NCBI GenBank assembly: GCA_964016885.1
Contig: OZ024747.1
Coordinates: 48,050,001 to 48,114,000 of the forward strand
Length of the DNA: 64,000 bases
Direction: 5' to 3'
DNA from: Eledone cirrhosa
Taxonomy: Eukaryota
Positions 13,896 through 27,622 of this stretch are shown one piece after another; position 1 is the stretch's first letter, and the number at the start of each line of letters is the position of its first letter. The position numbers and the translations under genes were made by a program. A model generated the notes under the pieces. That model was not told where the DNA came from, made no database searches, and saw only the letters and a program-made list of their open reading frames with translations.

Positions 13896-14749
13896 ATATA
13901 TATATACATACATATATATACACATATATATATATATATACATACATATATACATACATATATATATATATACATACATATATATATATATATACATACA
14001 TACATACATATATATATATATACATACATACATACATACATATATATATACATACATATATATATATATACATACATACATACATACATATATATATACA
14101 TACATATATATATATATACATACATACATACATATATATATATATACATACATACATATATATATATACATACATACATACATATATATATATATACATA
14201 CATACATACATATATATATATACATACATACATACATATATATATATACATACATACATACATATATATATATATACATACATATATATATATATATATA
14301 CATACATACATATATATATATACATACATACATATATATATACATATACATACATATATACATATACATACATACATATATATATATACATACATATATA
14401 TATATATACATATATATATACATACATATATATATATATACATATATATATACATACATATATATATATATACATATATATATACATACATATATATATA
14501 CATACATATATATATACATACATATATATATACATACATATATATATACATACATATATATATATATACATACATACATATATATATACATACATATATA
14601 TATATATACATACATACATATATACATACATATATATATATATACATACATATATATATACATACATATATATATACATACATATATATATATATACATA
14701 CATATATATATACATACATATATATATATATACATACATATATATATAT

Positions 14750-14782
<33 letters not shown>

Positions 14783-15295
14783 CATACATACATATATATA
14801 TACATACATATATACATACATATATATATACATACATATATACATACATACATATATATATACATACATACATATATATATACATACATACAAACATATA
14901 TATATACATACATACATACATATATACATACATACATATATATATACATACATACATATATATATACATACATACATATATACATACATACATATATATA
15001 TACATACATACATATATACATACATACATATATATATACATACATACATATATATATACATACATACATATATATACATACATACATATATATATATATA
15101 CATACATACATATATATATACATACATACATATATATATACATACATACATATATACATACATACATATATACATACATACATATATACATACATACATA
15201 TATACATACATACATATATACATACATACATACATATATACATACATACATATATACATACATATATACATACATACATATATATATATATACAT
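13891..15295. repeat. (TACA)n/(TA)n compound microsatellite, about 1.4 kb
   Basis: Seen directly. Confidence 0.98.
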
Positions 15296-15416
15296 AGGGA
15301 GACATGATATGAAGGTTAAAACACACTTGTGAATAGTGCAGTTTTAAATCAACATATGTTGATTTAAAACTGCACTATTCACAAGTGTGTTTTAACCTTC
15401 ATATCATGTTTCCCTA
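15295..15416. repeat. Spacer-less palindrome, 61-bp arms, one mismatch
   Basis: TAGGGAGACATG...CAACAT|ATGTTG...CATGTTTCCCTA, centred at 15355/15356. Confidence 0.95.
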
Positions 15417-15485
15417 TTTTATCTGACGAAAACGCAAATGTTATTGCATGATGATATTTGTTTTTGAAATGCGCATAATAAAATA
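15415..15485 (+). ncRNA. Type I hammerhead ribozyme (family H1)
   Basis: TATTTTAT-CTGACGA(15423-15429)-stem II-GAAA(15466-15469)-TGCGCA-TA-ATAAAATA. Confidence 0.87.
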
Positions 15486-15515
15486 TATGGAACTCTTTTA
15501 ACCATCTTTTGATCT

Positions 15516-15597
<82 letters not shown>

Positions 15598-15598
<1 letters not shown>

Positions 15599-16277
15599 CG
15601 TGAACGGCAAAGCATAAATCAACTAAGGAATAAGAGGGATCAGATGCTGTTTACTCGAGAGAAGACTACATTGGTATGGTCACGTGATGCGCATGAAAGA
15701 CGACAGCTGTATAAAAAAAAGTGCAGGGCGATCAAAATTGATGGAAGTTACGGAGTAGGCAGACCCAGAAAAACCTGGGACGATTTGATAAATTCCGACC
15801 TTACACACTTACACCTCTCTAATACAATGTCACTGGACCGAGATTTTTGGTGCTACGCAGTAATACAGAAGACCCGCCTTGCCTAAGTACAAAGCGAAAC
15901 CAACAGTCAGTTGGCACCTCTTAACCAAAAGTCAGTTGGCACCTCTTAACCAAATATACCCCCCCCCCCCACCGACATCAACACCACTCTTTTCTCTGTA
16001 AAGTTATGTTGGTACCACAACATCTAAATAAATGGGGTCGCGTAGGTGCCACGACAAAAAAAACACAGTCCACGCTGTAATGTGGCCATGTAGGTAACAC
16101 AGTAAAAATCTCCCAGTCCACACTGTAAATGTGGTTGGTGTTAGGAAGGGCATCCAGCTGTAGAAAACCTGCCAGACAGTCCTATACGTGCGAGACGACC
16201 AATCTTGCCTCAAGTGGGACAATTCCCGTCTAAAGCCAAGCTAGCGTGGAAGATAGACGTTAAACGATGATGATGAT
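15598..16277 (+). mobile_element. 3' fragment of an older RTE family B-like LINE
   Basis: [21 protein letters not shown] remnant, B-type 3' UTR and tail. Confidence 0.88.
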
Positions 16278-16369
16278 ACATATATATATATATCTAAAGA
16301 TATATCATCATTATCGTTTAACGTCCATCTTCCACGCTAGCATGGGTTTATACATACATACATATTAGG

Positions 16370-17750
16370 TCACATTACAGTTTCATTCCATGTCCAGAAA
16401 ATAAGCTTCAGATGAGGAGAGTAGCCCCAGATGATATGTACATTGTTGTGAATGTAGGGGATGATATGGAGGACCAGGCTAGTCTAAACTGGGATGACTA
16501 TCAACCAGGCAAGTATGTAGCCTGCGTCTAGGCTTCGAACTGGCATTTGGGAAAAATTATCGAACGCTTATTTGAACATTATGATATTCTTGTTTCCTTT
16601 ATGAAAGGATCGAAAAACAATGTACTTTCTTGGCCAGCAGCATCCCATAAGGATGAATGTTGGGTTCCTTTACAACATGTCATGTGTGTAATCAGTGCAC
16701 TTACACAATTAGTTAAAGTGACCTGAACAAAATTCTCACTCTATTCCCACAATTTGTGCAGGACTAATATGATTCACATTTGTGTTTGACCTAAGCATGT
16801 TTTATCATTATTTAATACAAGTTATTGAGTTGGTCACTGAAAGTTTTTAATATTTACTTTTGTTGTATTTAAATCATTTTGTGGCATTCTGTCTTGTCAT
16901 TTTGGTACTAATTCCTGTGTGACTCTGTATAAAGTGTATTAGTTACTTGTCTGCAGCTGTATGTAAAAAGTGCTCAAGGATATGCCTTGTTTGTCATCAA
17001 TGAATCAATAGGTACTGTATTGAATAATTCAAATAAGGGCAATATAGTATTCTATCTCTGATTAAAATAAATCTATGTTGAATTTTTGTGAATTCTAGCT
17101 GTTTAACATTTGTGTCCTATGTGTGGCTCTATTATGTAAAATGTGGTTATAGATATACATGTAGTAGTTTGCCATTTGTTGAATCTATAAATACCCATTA
17201 ATCTAAAAGATGTTTATTTATACTATATTGAATAAATCACTGATGGATAATATACTGTTTTATATCCAGGCTTTATGATTCAGTTGATCCTGTACAAAAT
17301 AATGACAACTGAATTTCTAAAAATTCACAACTCTGAAAAGAAGCTCAGTAACAAAACCAAATTTCTCTTACATTATCTTCAGAAGTATAAGAATGCATGG
17401 TAAAAATTTGAAAATGATAGTGAACTGCCTACATGGTCAACTAAGGGCATCAAAATGTGCATTTTGGGAGAAATTTTGAAATTGCACATATTTCAAAAGA
17501 TTATTGACACTCCCATGGTTACTGCTCAGAAATGGTCTACTATATGCTAAATAACAGGAAAAAAATTGTGGTTGCTTTATCTAGAGTACCTATTGAGATA
17601 AAAATACCTAAAAGAAGCATACATTTGATGTATGTTTAATTTTTGGCAATTTTCAGAGGCCTGTAGATGGAAAAATATACAAGACACAATTTGATAAGAT
17701 ATTTGACCTCTACAGAAAAAGTTAGCCCCTAACACATGATTTCAAAGTTG
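16370..17750 (+). mobile_element. Probable decayed DNA transposon 3' part (transposase C-terminal remnant plus AT-rich end)
   Basis: Manual translation of about 16372-16700 gives SFIPCPENKLQMRRV...GKYVACV*..WHLGKII..ILVSFM..WP..DECWVP, resembling C-terminal domains of invertebrate transposases. Family not assignable. Confidence 0.4.
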
Positions 17751-19148
17751 TGCCTACCTGTTGAGTCATTTTTATGCTTGGATATTATTTTAATTTCTAT
17801 GTTGTCTATATTACCGTCATGTCTTTGCCTAGCGTGTTCATATAGTACTGAACCGTTTTTTTGTCCTTTTAGTTCCCCTCCAGTGTTGGTCTATTCTTTC
17901 TCCTAAGCTTCGAGCTGTCTCACCTATGTATGTCATTGTCATGTTTCTGCAAGTACCCTCTGTACATCTTATGCTATAGACTACATTTCTAGTTTTACAA
18001 TTTATCTTTTTACATATAACACATTTCTTATTTGTACAGTGGGTTTTCTTAAAAGGGTGTGTCTTGCTGATCAGGGATTTTATGGTAGTTACTGGCTTTT
18101 CTACCACTTTAATCTTTAGATGGGTTTTTCTTAGGGCCTTTCTACATTGCTTAGCTAATTTCCCTCCAAGGGTAGCATCCACGAACATGACACTCTGGTG
18201 TCTCTGGTTGTCGTACCTTGAAGTGGCTTTGCCTATCTTATGTTTAGTCTTATCTTAGCCATTCCATGATTTGCTCCTGTATAATTCCTTTCATGTCCAT
18301 TTCTATGAGGGTCTTATATTACTCCATGGCTCATTTGTATACTCTGATTCTGTCTTTTTGGTTGTAGCTAGAGTACTACATGCAATCGATGAAGTGTTGG
18401 ATGTGTCTTTCTATTTCAGTTGGGTCACACATGCGGGACACATTCTTCATCACTCTTACCAAGTGCGATCAGAATATTAAACTTAGCACTATTGGACATT
18501 ACTGAGTTTTTGAGTATCAGGTATTTGGAGGCCATGGGTTTAGCATAGTGTGAGTGGAGAATTTGGGCCCTCTCGTCGATAGTACTAATAAACATGAATT
18601 AGAAAATAGCACAATGGAGAGCATCCAGCAGATAGCAAACTCCATACACCAGAGTATAACTGTAACTGTTGACTACCCTTCCAAACACCCTAAAAATAGA
18701 CTACTAGTATTAGACATGGAACTCTGGATAAACACTATAGATGAGAGGGCCCAAAAATGACTCAACAGGTAGGCAAATCAGAGAAGCAACTGAGATAGAA
18801 CTAAGAAGAACATACTTGAACAGAAAGAACGAATGGAATAACAACAACAACCATACCCAAACAATCAATACTGACTTCAAGGAAATATCAATAAATATAT
18901 ACACAAGTACAATAACAACTAAACATATAAACACACACTAGTGAACAAAGAATACAAAAACAAAAACACATACACTCAAACGCGAACACACACAACAAAC
19001 ATTATACACACGCAAACGCGGAGACAGAGACAAGAAGAAATGAATAAATTAAATAAAAATTGCGTAGACATTACAATAGAATGAGAGAAAACATAATAGT
19101 ACCACTGATGATGTTGCAGATGTGTGATGAAAGAACTTTGATAGACTA
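17751..19148. mobile_element. Rearranged Penelope-like element remnant (RT, GIY-YIG endonuclease, 3' hammerhead)
   Basis: 17838..18188(-) gives CKTRNVVYSIRC..C..YIGETARSLGERI (GIY-YIG). About 18545(-) gives HYAKPMAS. 18554..18760(+) gives ITVTVDYPS..LLVLD (RT). 18753-18840(+) gives RQIREATEI..LNRKNEW. Confidence 0.85.
19097..19148 (+). ncRNA. Degenerate minimal hammerhead at the Penelope 3' end
   Basis: TAGTACCA-CTGATGA-T-GTTGCA-GATG-TGTGAT-GAAA-GAAC-TT-TGATAGACTA. Core intact, stems eroded to G-U pairs. Confidence 0.55.
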
Positions 19149-19162
19149 TATATATATATATA

Positions 19163-19375
19163 TTTATATCTGTATTTTTAACCGTTGGTCAATCAATGAT
19201 AAACATTGATTGCTAAATAATATGGAGATATAAAAAATACAGAAGCGAAAACCAACCCAAACCAAACAGTAGGTGTGTTCTGTTATTATTTCTGGCAATA
19301 TTCTAACAATATGACCCTCCCCAAGTATAACAATATTTGTTTCGACACACGATTTCATATGAAAAACCTTGCAAA
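19163..19375 (+). repeat. Second copy of the 3493-3700 repeat
   Basis: Direct alignment; sits immediately after the Penelope end across a short TA run. Confidence 0.7.
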
Positions 19376-20722
19376 ACAAATATATATATATATATATATA
19401 TATAAATATATATACACACACACACACATACATACACCCATACAAGTATATTAAATTACAGATGACAGATAATAACTGTAATTTTACACTTTCAAATAAT
19501 ACATTGCAACAGACATATTTGCACACACACACACACACATCCTATGCACACTAAACATAAGTATTTTACATCCCCGATGATATCAACATGCCTTTATTAG
19601 CTCTTAACATCTTGTACTGCATAAAACCTCATTAGGAAGATATTCTTGAAAAAGTATAAAACAAAACTGACTATCACATTAAAAAGTCTTTACGATAATA
19701 CTGCAATATTTCACAATGTCCTATCCACCAACAAAGATACTATAAGCATTTGAATTAACAAACCTGCTAAATCATAAAAGAATGCTAAAAGTTAGATAAC
19801 ACATTGTAAGGTTCGGTTAGAATTGACAGTTGTTACCGTGGTATTTGTTCTGCTTTCAAATTCCACCAAAGTCAACTTTGCCTTTCACATTTTAAGTGTC
19901 AATAAAATAAAGAATCAGTTCACAGTGGTGGGTTGGAGGAATTGTTAGTGTGTTGAATAAGATACCTTGCAGTATTTGTTCTGAGTTCAAACCCTACTTC
20001 TTAAGCTTTTAGGGGGGGCCACCGCCCCCCTCAAGGCCCTCCAACCCTCTTTCCAGAGAGACCTGCCTACACGCAAATTGTAAATAATATATAATAAATA
20101 AAATCGTTACTTTATATATAATAAATAATATAAATTATACTATGTATAAATAAATATATATATTTTTATTTTACTGTGTTTATATATGTATCATTTGATA
20201 TTTAATGTACTATTATATCATTTCAAACTCCACTACCCTCCCTGGCAACACAGTAAAAAAAAATATATAAAAAAATTAAAAAAACAGGAAAGAAGAGAAC
20301 CATAATATCACATGATGTTGCTGGAACTCCATCTATTCCAAAGACAAATGTTCCAGTTGTTCAATTAACGAAACAGTCTCATAAAAGTAAAGTGCAAGTA
20401 GCTGAGAATTCCACAGATCCATTTCTCAGAGAAATACAGTGTGCGAGTAGATGACAAGGGTGACCGTTTGAATTACAGATACAACTCATTTTTCCCAGCT
20501 GTGTGCCTGGAGCAACATGAAAAACTGTCTTGTTCAAGAACGTCACATGCAGCTTGGAATCAAACTCCCAACCATAAAATTGTGAGCCAAACATCCAAAA
20601 CCACAAAGATATGTGCCTTCATTGTACACACATTAAGGGTGCTAATCAAGGAGCTTGTCTAGATGTTATTCTTTAACCACAGAATTCTAGATCTGACATC
20701 TGGCTCTATATGTCCTTCTGTT

Positions 20723-20837
20723 GCAATAATTGTTTCTACTTTTGGCACAAGGCCAGCAATTACCCCAGTGTACCACTGGTACTTTATTTCATCGACCCCG
20801 TAACGATGAAAGGCAAAGTTAACCTCGGCGGGATTTG
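20723..20837 (-). mobile_element. SINE family 2 fragment
   Basis: Matches 27998-28112. Confidence 0.8.
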
Positions 20838-20899
20838 TTACAATAATTTTACCCAAATAGGAAGGGAAGTTGACAACTGGTTCCTGACTGATCTGAATA

Positions 20900-21330
20900 G
20901 TTGCTCTAGTCTGTCCATTAGGATGCAGTACTTTGGTTTTCCCACAGTTCATTTTGCCAAGATCACTCAAAAACTCAATTGGTGTTTGCACAGAATGTTT
21001 AAAATCACATACAGAAACCAGTTCACCAACAATAAGGTCCTGAGGAGAGTCAAGTTGTGTAGGCTGCAGGAAATTGTGGCAGAGCGAAGACTGAGACTTA
21101 TGGGACATACATTCTGAATACCAGAGGAAGGAGTAACCAAAACTACAATGATTTGGGTACCATTATAAGGAGGAAGGAAAAGAGGACAACCAAAGACAAC
21201 ATGGCAAGATACTCTTAAAAACAACTTAGATAGCTTAACATTATGTTGAATAAGGCAGGCAACCAAGCACAGAACTGAGATTATTGGTGAAATATACAAG
21301 GTGAAATATACAAGATGAATATACAAGAGA
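20900..21330 (+). mobile_element. Old RTE 3' fragment
   Basis: Remnants RRLRLMGH and GRKRGQPKTTW. Confidence 0.65.
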
Positions 21331-21487
21331 AACTGAATACACATATTAGAAGCAATGGTATGTATCGATAATAAATGTTATGTTAGGTTACTCAACATAA
21401 AACTTTTTTTTCTTTTTCTTTTCTTGATAAACTGAAAGAAAGCGAGATAAAATATTTTTTTATTAAAATCCAAAATGTTCTACTTAC

Positions 21488-21574
21488 TTCTCTAAAATAT
21501 CTTGTCCATCTGTAGACTTTAAGACATTCACGTATATGCATTTACTAACCATTTTATTAGCATCACGCATCAAA
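21488..21574 (-). CDS. PPP1R10: PNUTS/PP1 regulatory subunit 10, internal coding exon (87 bp, phase 2 to phase 2)
   Basis: tttcAG acceptor and GTAAGT donor. Encodes (S)LMRDANKMVSKCIYVNVLKSTDGQDILE, compared with human PNUTS [29 protein letters not shown] (recalled). In frame with the 30305 exon. Confidence 0.9.
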
Positions 21575-21739
21575 CTGAAATTGCAGAAGACAAAATTTAA
21601 TATATCATAAACATTACGCAGAAAAGATGCAAGTTTATACATATATTTATATAATTAGTATTTCTGAGATTTGAAACAGCTGTATAGGATTAGTTTAGAC
21701 ATAACAAGAAATAGAATATTTTTATATTCTGATTACTTT

Positions 21740-21850
21740 TGTACCTGTCATATGTATTACATTATATAATTATATTGTCCTTGTCATATGTATTACATTA
21801 TATAATTATATTGTACCTTGTAATATGTATTACAATATATAATTATATTG
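21740..21850. repeat. Three tandem copies of a roughly 37-bp unit
   Basis: TGTCATATGTATTACATTATATAATTATATTG repeated. Confidence 0.85.
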
Positions 21851-21946
21851 TTTTCTCTAATATTCTTGTATAAGTGTGCTCAGGAATGTTTTTTTTTTTT
21901 AAAATCTTACTTCATACAGAACAATCAAAACAAGATGTTTTTATTT

Positions 21947-21978
21947 GAGAGAGAGTGAGAGAGAGTGTGTGTGTGTGT

Positions 21979-22045
<67 letters not shown>

Positions 22046-22052
22046 CGTGCGT
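21947..22052. repeat. (GA)n-(GT)n microsatellite
   Basis: Seen directly. Confidence 0.95.
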
Positions 22053-22679
22053 GCAAAGTATTTCCGTAGAAAAGGTAGAGTGCTCTATGTCCAGTTCATT
22101 CATCGGGAGAAATAGTTTATCTCCTCTGGTGGACGAACTGGACGTTTCTGTAATGATTGTCTAGTCTCCTGAAACCTTTGGTAATGGAATAATTATATTG
22201 TGTTGTTTATTATGTAATTATATATATATAATATCTAATCTACTAATATAATAGCCTTGTGTCCATAACACACTACAGATGACTGAGGAAGAAAGGGGTC
22301 ATTACGTGTTTGTATGTGTGTTTATTGAGAAAGATACATAGACAATAGAATTTCAAACACTTGAATCTAAACACATATATATATATAAACAGACACACTT
22401 AGAAAAAAATATTTATTACATACACACAGATCAATGTGATAACTGAGGAAGGAGGTGGGTGGGAAACTATAGAATTCCAGTGTTCTAAGATTCGTCACAG
22501 CTGTGTATTTGTATCACTTGTGTGAGGGAGCGCAAAGAAACCAACCAACAAACCAACCAACAAACAAACATCTCTTTTTTTTTATATTATGTATTACAAT
22601 TAGCTGCCATTTTTGATTGCATGGTGCCCGCTAATAAAAAAATATATAATTTTACAAAAATTAAATTAAATTATAGTAC

Positions 22680-22830
22680 AGGTATGGTTGTATAGTTACA
22701 AATATTACTTTAGAACCACATGGTTTAGGGTTTAATCCCACGTAAGGCACCATGGGCAAACAAACCCCTTCTACTATATAGCCTCAGACTGAACTATGCC
22801 TTGCAAGGAAGCTCTATATATGCATGTATC
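22680..22830 (+). mobile_element. Old tRNA-derived SINE remnant (relatives at about 23975-24105 +, 25320-25465 -, 31520-31655 -)
   Basis: Degenerate A/B boxes (GGTTTAATCCCA) followed by a GGCACC.TGGGCAA domain. Confidence 0.55.
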
Positions 22831-23766
22831 AGTTGACACCATTAATAAAATAATGCTGCTTTTTTATGTCCTCCTACACTGTAGAACATGACAAACACCA
22901 ACTATATATATACCATAGTTAAAACAAAGTATGAGCTGACATCAGGAAGAACATCTGGCTATATCTGATTAAAAAAGAATTTTCGAACTCTAATAATCAT
23001 GGAAAAATGGATGTAAAAATGATAAGTACACTCTTGTTTGATGGACCTAATGAAAAAATATGGGAATCTAAGTGATTGATGATTAAATGAATATTCAGCT
23101 GTTGAAAATTTACTGTAGCAAATTAAATATTTGAAAAACACCTAACACTAGATTAATATAACAAAAAGCAAAAGTTATAAAACCATATAAAAACAGAATA
23201 TACAAAGGCCTCCAGCTATAGAAAACATCAAAAATGGAATGTATTAGCAAGATGTGGTGCTGACATCTTCAGGAGGGCAGCCACTCCAAATAGTGAAGAT
23301 CTGTTTCATGCCAGCATCCAAAAGGGTCATAAAATGCTGATGATAATGTTAATGAGTACAAAAACTCAGTAGGGTGCTTAATCCAAATCTCTCCAATCCC
23401 CCACCCACTCCACTAAAACAACCTTAATTTCAGTGATTTATTGTTTTTAAATATTTAATTTTTTTTTCATACCTACTCAAGTTAACCTCAACGGGATTTG
23501 AACGTATGCTTATAACTATATGCTGCAAATTGTCCAATGTTCTATTGTCCAGTGTTCTACCAATACTGCCAATCCACGGCACATTAATAGTAATGTCTAT
23601 GTCCACCTAAACCAACTAGTTACTATATAAGGATATAAAAGGCAAACGAATATTGAATATCTATTTTACAAGTGGCTGAATGGATGGTAAGGTTACTTAG
23701 CAATTATGAGGCTTCAGATTTACAAGAGTAGCAAAAGCCAGCTATTTGAACAAGGCAATGAGACAA

Positions 23767-23807
23767 CTCTAGACATATTTCAGTCTTATTATACCTCTTC
23801 AGCAAAA
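23767..23807 (-). ncRNA. Possible degenerate minimal hammerhead
   Basis: TTTTG-CTGAAGA-GGT-ATAATAAG-ACT-GAAA-TATG-TC-TAGAG; core and GUC triplet intact, stems weak. Confidence 0.4.
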
Positions 23808-24711
23808 ACATAGACAATACTTTACTTGCTGGGAGAGAGAATGACTACATAGATAAACAATGCTGCTTACAAGTATGCATAGGACAATGTACCAAGAAAA
23901 TAATTCATCTCGGATTTCATTGTGAATTTTGACAATTCCTCTGCTTATTAGATATGAATGCTAGATGTTCAAAAAATGTTAGCATGTAGTTAAGGAGTTT
24001 GCTTCACAATCACATATTTTGGTATTCAGCCCCACCATGTGGCACCTTGAGCAAGTGTCTACAACAGGTAGATCAATGTTCTGTAAGTGTAATTTGCTAG
24101 GCCAAATATATATATAAGAAAAGTAAACAAGGAAAAATAAGACAAGAGAACACTACAATGATAGTATATCAAGTTTAAGGCTTAATATAGTTTGAAAAAA
24201 GTCAACGTTTCGGAAGCTAGTCCTTCATTGGAAGATAGAAATAGAGAGGCAAAAGGATGTTTGGAAAAGAGAACAAAAAGGAAGATCAACAAGAATAAAG
24301 AAAATAAGTAAAATAGTAGATTGTGAGTGTTCTAATGATAAGAGACCCAGTCCTATCATGAAAAGCAACATGAAGTATTTGCTCAAGAACACAATGCACC
24401 ATTAGGCAACATGCCTTCACATGTATCTATCGATGACCTAGTGAATAAGCTCATTATGACTTCAATTTCTGTAGAAATAAAGATTTTTAGATTGTATCCA
24501 GCTTGTTGCTATGTACACATCCAGTAGCAAGACATCTGATGCCAACAGAGGATCGAATAGATCTATCCTTTTTAGTCCCACTTATCTAAGATTCCATCAG
24601 AGCGTCCTTTCACTTTTTTTCTTTATCATGTCCTTTGTTAGGTTCTTTATCCTGTGATTTGCTTTCACTACTTATGCCTACGTCTTCTTCAGTCAAACAT
24701 TTCATCATTCC

Positions 24712-25010
24712 TCACCATTTAATGCCTATTTTCCATGCTTGTATGGGTTACACAGGTCACATGCTCTTGGCTTGATTTCTAAGGCTGGATGCCCTTCCTT
24801 ACAACAACCACTTTACAGCATGTACTGAGAGCATGGTCATTTTAAAGGCTGGATGCCTTTCCTAACACCAATGACTTTACAGCATGTACTAGGAATATTT
24901 TATTGTGACTCCAGCACTACCACCTAACAGGGTGAACTGGGTGCTTTCTGTCATGGCACCAGCACTACCTGTTACAGTACAAACAGTGCTCTTCATCATG
25001 CACCATCACA
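24712..25010 (-). mobile_element. Old RTE-tail SINE/LINE end with duplicated GGAAGGGCATCCAGCC module
   Basis: AACCCATACAAGCATGGAAAA tail; the module occurs twice (about 24781 and 24845). Confidence 0.65.
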
Positions 25011-25480
25011 AACGTATGAACAACAATTCAACTCATACATCTAAACAGCGAAGCTGGTTTGGAAACCTAGTTGGAAAACAGTAGAAAGAAGAAATCACAC
25101 AGAATAAGCTCAAAGAGATATGTCAGCTCTGGAATAAAATGGAACTCCATTGGTTTCAACAGTATTGTTCAGTTGTTCAATCAATGCAACAACCAGCTCA
25201 TGAAAATGACCAAGAACAACAGACAGACATGTAATAATTCTTAACATAATTCTCAGGAATGACACAATGTGAGACATAGCTGGACCATTGAATTACAAGT
25301 ACAGTCCAACTAACGGGATTCCACTCAGTTTCCATCAACCCAATTTCACTCATAAAGCTTCAGTCAAACCAAGGCTATATAAATGACACTTGTCTAAGAT
25401 ACTACAGTATCTTGGGACCAAATGTTTGTGAAGTGAATTCCTTAACCATTCAGTCATAGTTGCATCTATGATATCTGTAT

Positions 25481-25775
25481 CATCATCACCGTTTTACATT
25501 CGTTCTTCCACGCTAGCATGGGTTAGACGGGTTGTCCTGTTGTGGGCAGTGTCTGGTCGGCTGACCATGCCTTGCTCATACAGGAACTGATTTGGCTTGA
25601 TTTCTACAGCTGGATGCCCTTCCTAACACCAACCTCATTTACAGTGAGTGCTGGGTGCTTTTTCGTGGCGCCTACATGCCCACTTTACAGTGTGGGCTGG
25701 GTGCTTTTTTGCCTTGGCACCTCCACGACCACCTTGCGGTGGGAGGTGTGGGGGCATATTGTCTATATGCTTCAG
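25481..25775 (-). mobile_element. 3' UTR/tail of RTE family C
   Basis: Near-identical to 41275-41570. Confidence 0.9.
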
Positions 25776-25984
25776 TTATCAAACAATCAAATACATATGT
25801 TGTGAAAATTTTACCAATTATAAGCCACCACAGCATTATAATAGAACACACCCCTTCAATTTCAGAAGAAAAAATATTTTTTCCATGTGCTAACTCCTCT
25901 GTTTTCCTGGTTTCCAGGAAAACAGGTCAGATTAGTTGATAGCACACAAAAAAAAACAAAGTAAAATAATTATTTCCCTCCAAA

Positions 25985-26809
25985 CTAGCAGAGGTACCCG
26001 ACGTTGCTCAGGTATTAAATAGCAGTCATGTATAGCATTCATGTCAATACTTCAGTGCTGCTTCGCAAACTATACTTGTACAAAATCATCAGCGTTTTCT
26101 AAAAGAGGGTTCCTGCCCCCAGGGGTCCGCTACTCAATATGTGCCAATTCTGAGTGTTCAAATTCATCTGTAGAACATACATAGCCCATGTGTCAAGTTT
26201 CATGAAAATCGGTTGCGAATTTTGTTGCATTGCACTGCAGTGCTTTAGTCAACTCCAAAGCAGTTACAACAGGGTTATCTGCCCCTTGGGATCCCTATAA
26301 TCAATATCTGGAAAAATGAAAGTGCACATGTCCAACCGGAGTACATAAGTAACCTATGTCTTAAATATAACATTCCTCGTAGTAGTTTTCTAACGCTCTT
26401 GCAGTAGCTTTACATTCAGCATCTTGCGATCGTCTAATTGCAGCCTCCATTGACGATTCATTTGTTTTTCTTCTTTTCCCTCTCTCAGCTTTCGCCATTT
26501 TTCGACCAATGGCAGATCTCTTCCTTGGAGGCATTATCAAAGGAAAGAGGACGTAACACACTAAGATGAATAAAATGTTAACCAACAATTATTTAAGTTT
26601 TGCACATGTAACGTGATTGTCACGGTGATCCAGAGACAGCCTACGTCCACCTAGGGGCAGCATTAGAAAAAGACTTGAAAATTTTATGAGTCCACAACAC
26701 TTCTGGGAACATAACACATGTTTGTTCTAAATTTGAAGAAAATCGGTTGCAAACTGTAGAAGTTATGTGGGTACAGACATACACACATCCTCAGTTTTAT
26801 ATATATAGA
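25985..26809 (-). mobile_element. Internally deleted Helitron
   Basis: 5' A|TCTATATATATAAAA; 3' hairpin ACCTGAGCAACGTCGGGT followed by CTAG|T; internal MPPRKRSAIGRK..RRKTNES.. resembling the N-terminus of RepHel proteins. Confidence 0.7.
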
Positions 26810-27622
26810 TGCATGTTTGTGTGTGCGCGCGCGCACGCGGACATTGTAACTTCCCCGGGGTCACACACACAGTCACAGTACGTCTTGTGAGAAAGAGAGA
26901 GAAAGAGACGTAAGGTTGAGGAAGGGAGAGAGTTAAACAGTGTGTAAAGAATAAATAAATAAATTATCGAACGCTGCCATCATTTTCTCCCCTCCCCTAT
27001 CCCCCCTCACTCTTTCTTTCTCAGGATCGGATCACTGGTGTAAGCGCCAACTGGTGATACACATATACACAGACAGACAGAAATTGCCATTTATATAGTA
27101 GACTAGCAGAAAACCACCCGGTGGGCGGTTTTCTGCTACCAAATCTAGTGTATATACTGATATTGTTGAGATTTGGATGAGAAATGTTTTCGGCACCACA
27201 TGTTCACCGTCTTACTGTGTGTCTTTTATGCATGTATAAATATATATGTTATCTATACGGTGAAATCTTTGAAATAAATATATGTTAAAACTAAAAAGGA
27301 GAAAAAGAGATTAGTGACGGAAATATAAACGTTATGATATAACGATGGAAATATATCTTCAAATGGTCCTTGGCATGGTGTCAAGTCAGAACCGCCTCGA
27401 AATGGTTACTTCTGGGTTGTGCAAGGTGTCTCTATAGCAACCAGCGATTCCCTCAGCCTCAGTGACCAAAGTCAGTGGAGAGGGGAAGGTAATGTTTCTA
27501 TAGCGACAGTGTTTCTCTTGGTAGTACCAAAGTGGAGAATGGAAGGGGAAGGTAATATTTCTGTAGCACCTACATTTGAGTTTTAGGGAAGGACAGACAG
27601 ACAGATAAACAGAGAAATGCCC

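Noticed and set aside
17350-17385. CTGAAGA...GAAA on the minus strand (similar at about 24660-24692)
   Set aside because: No stem II or stem I pairing; chance match.
24200-24236. Hammerhead-like CCAATGA-AGGA..TCC-GAAACGTT on the minus strand
   Set aside because: Two core positions are mutated and there is no convincing stem I; at best a dead relic.
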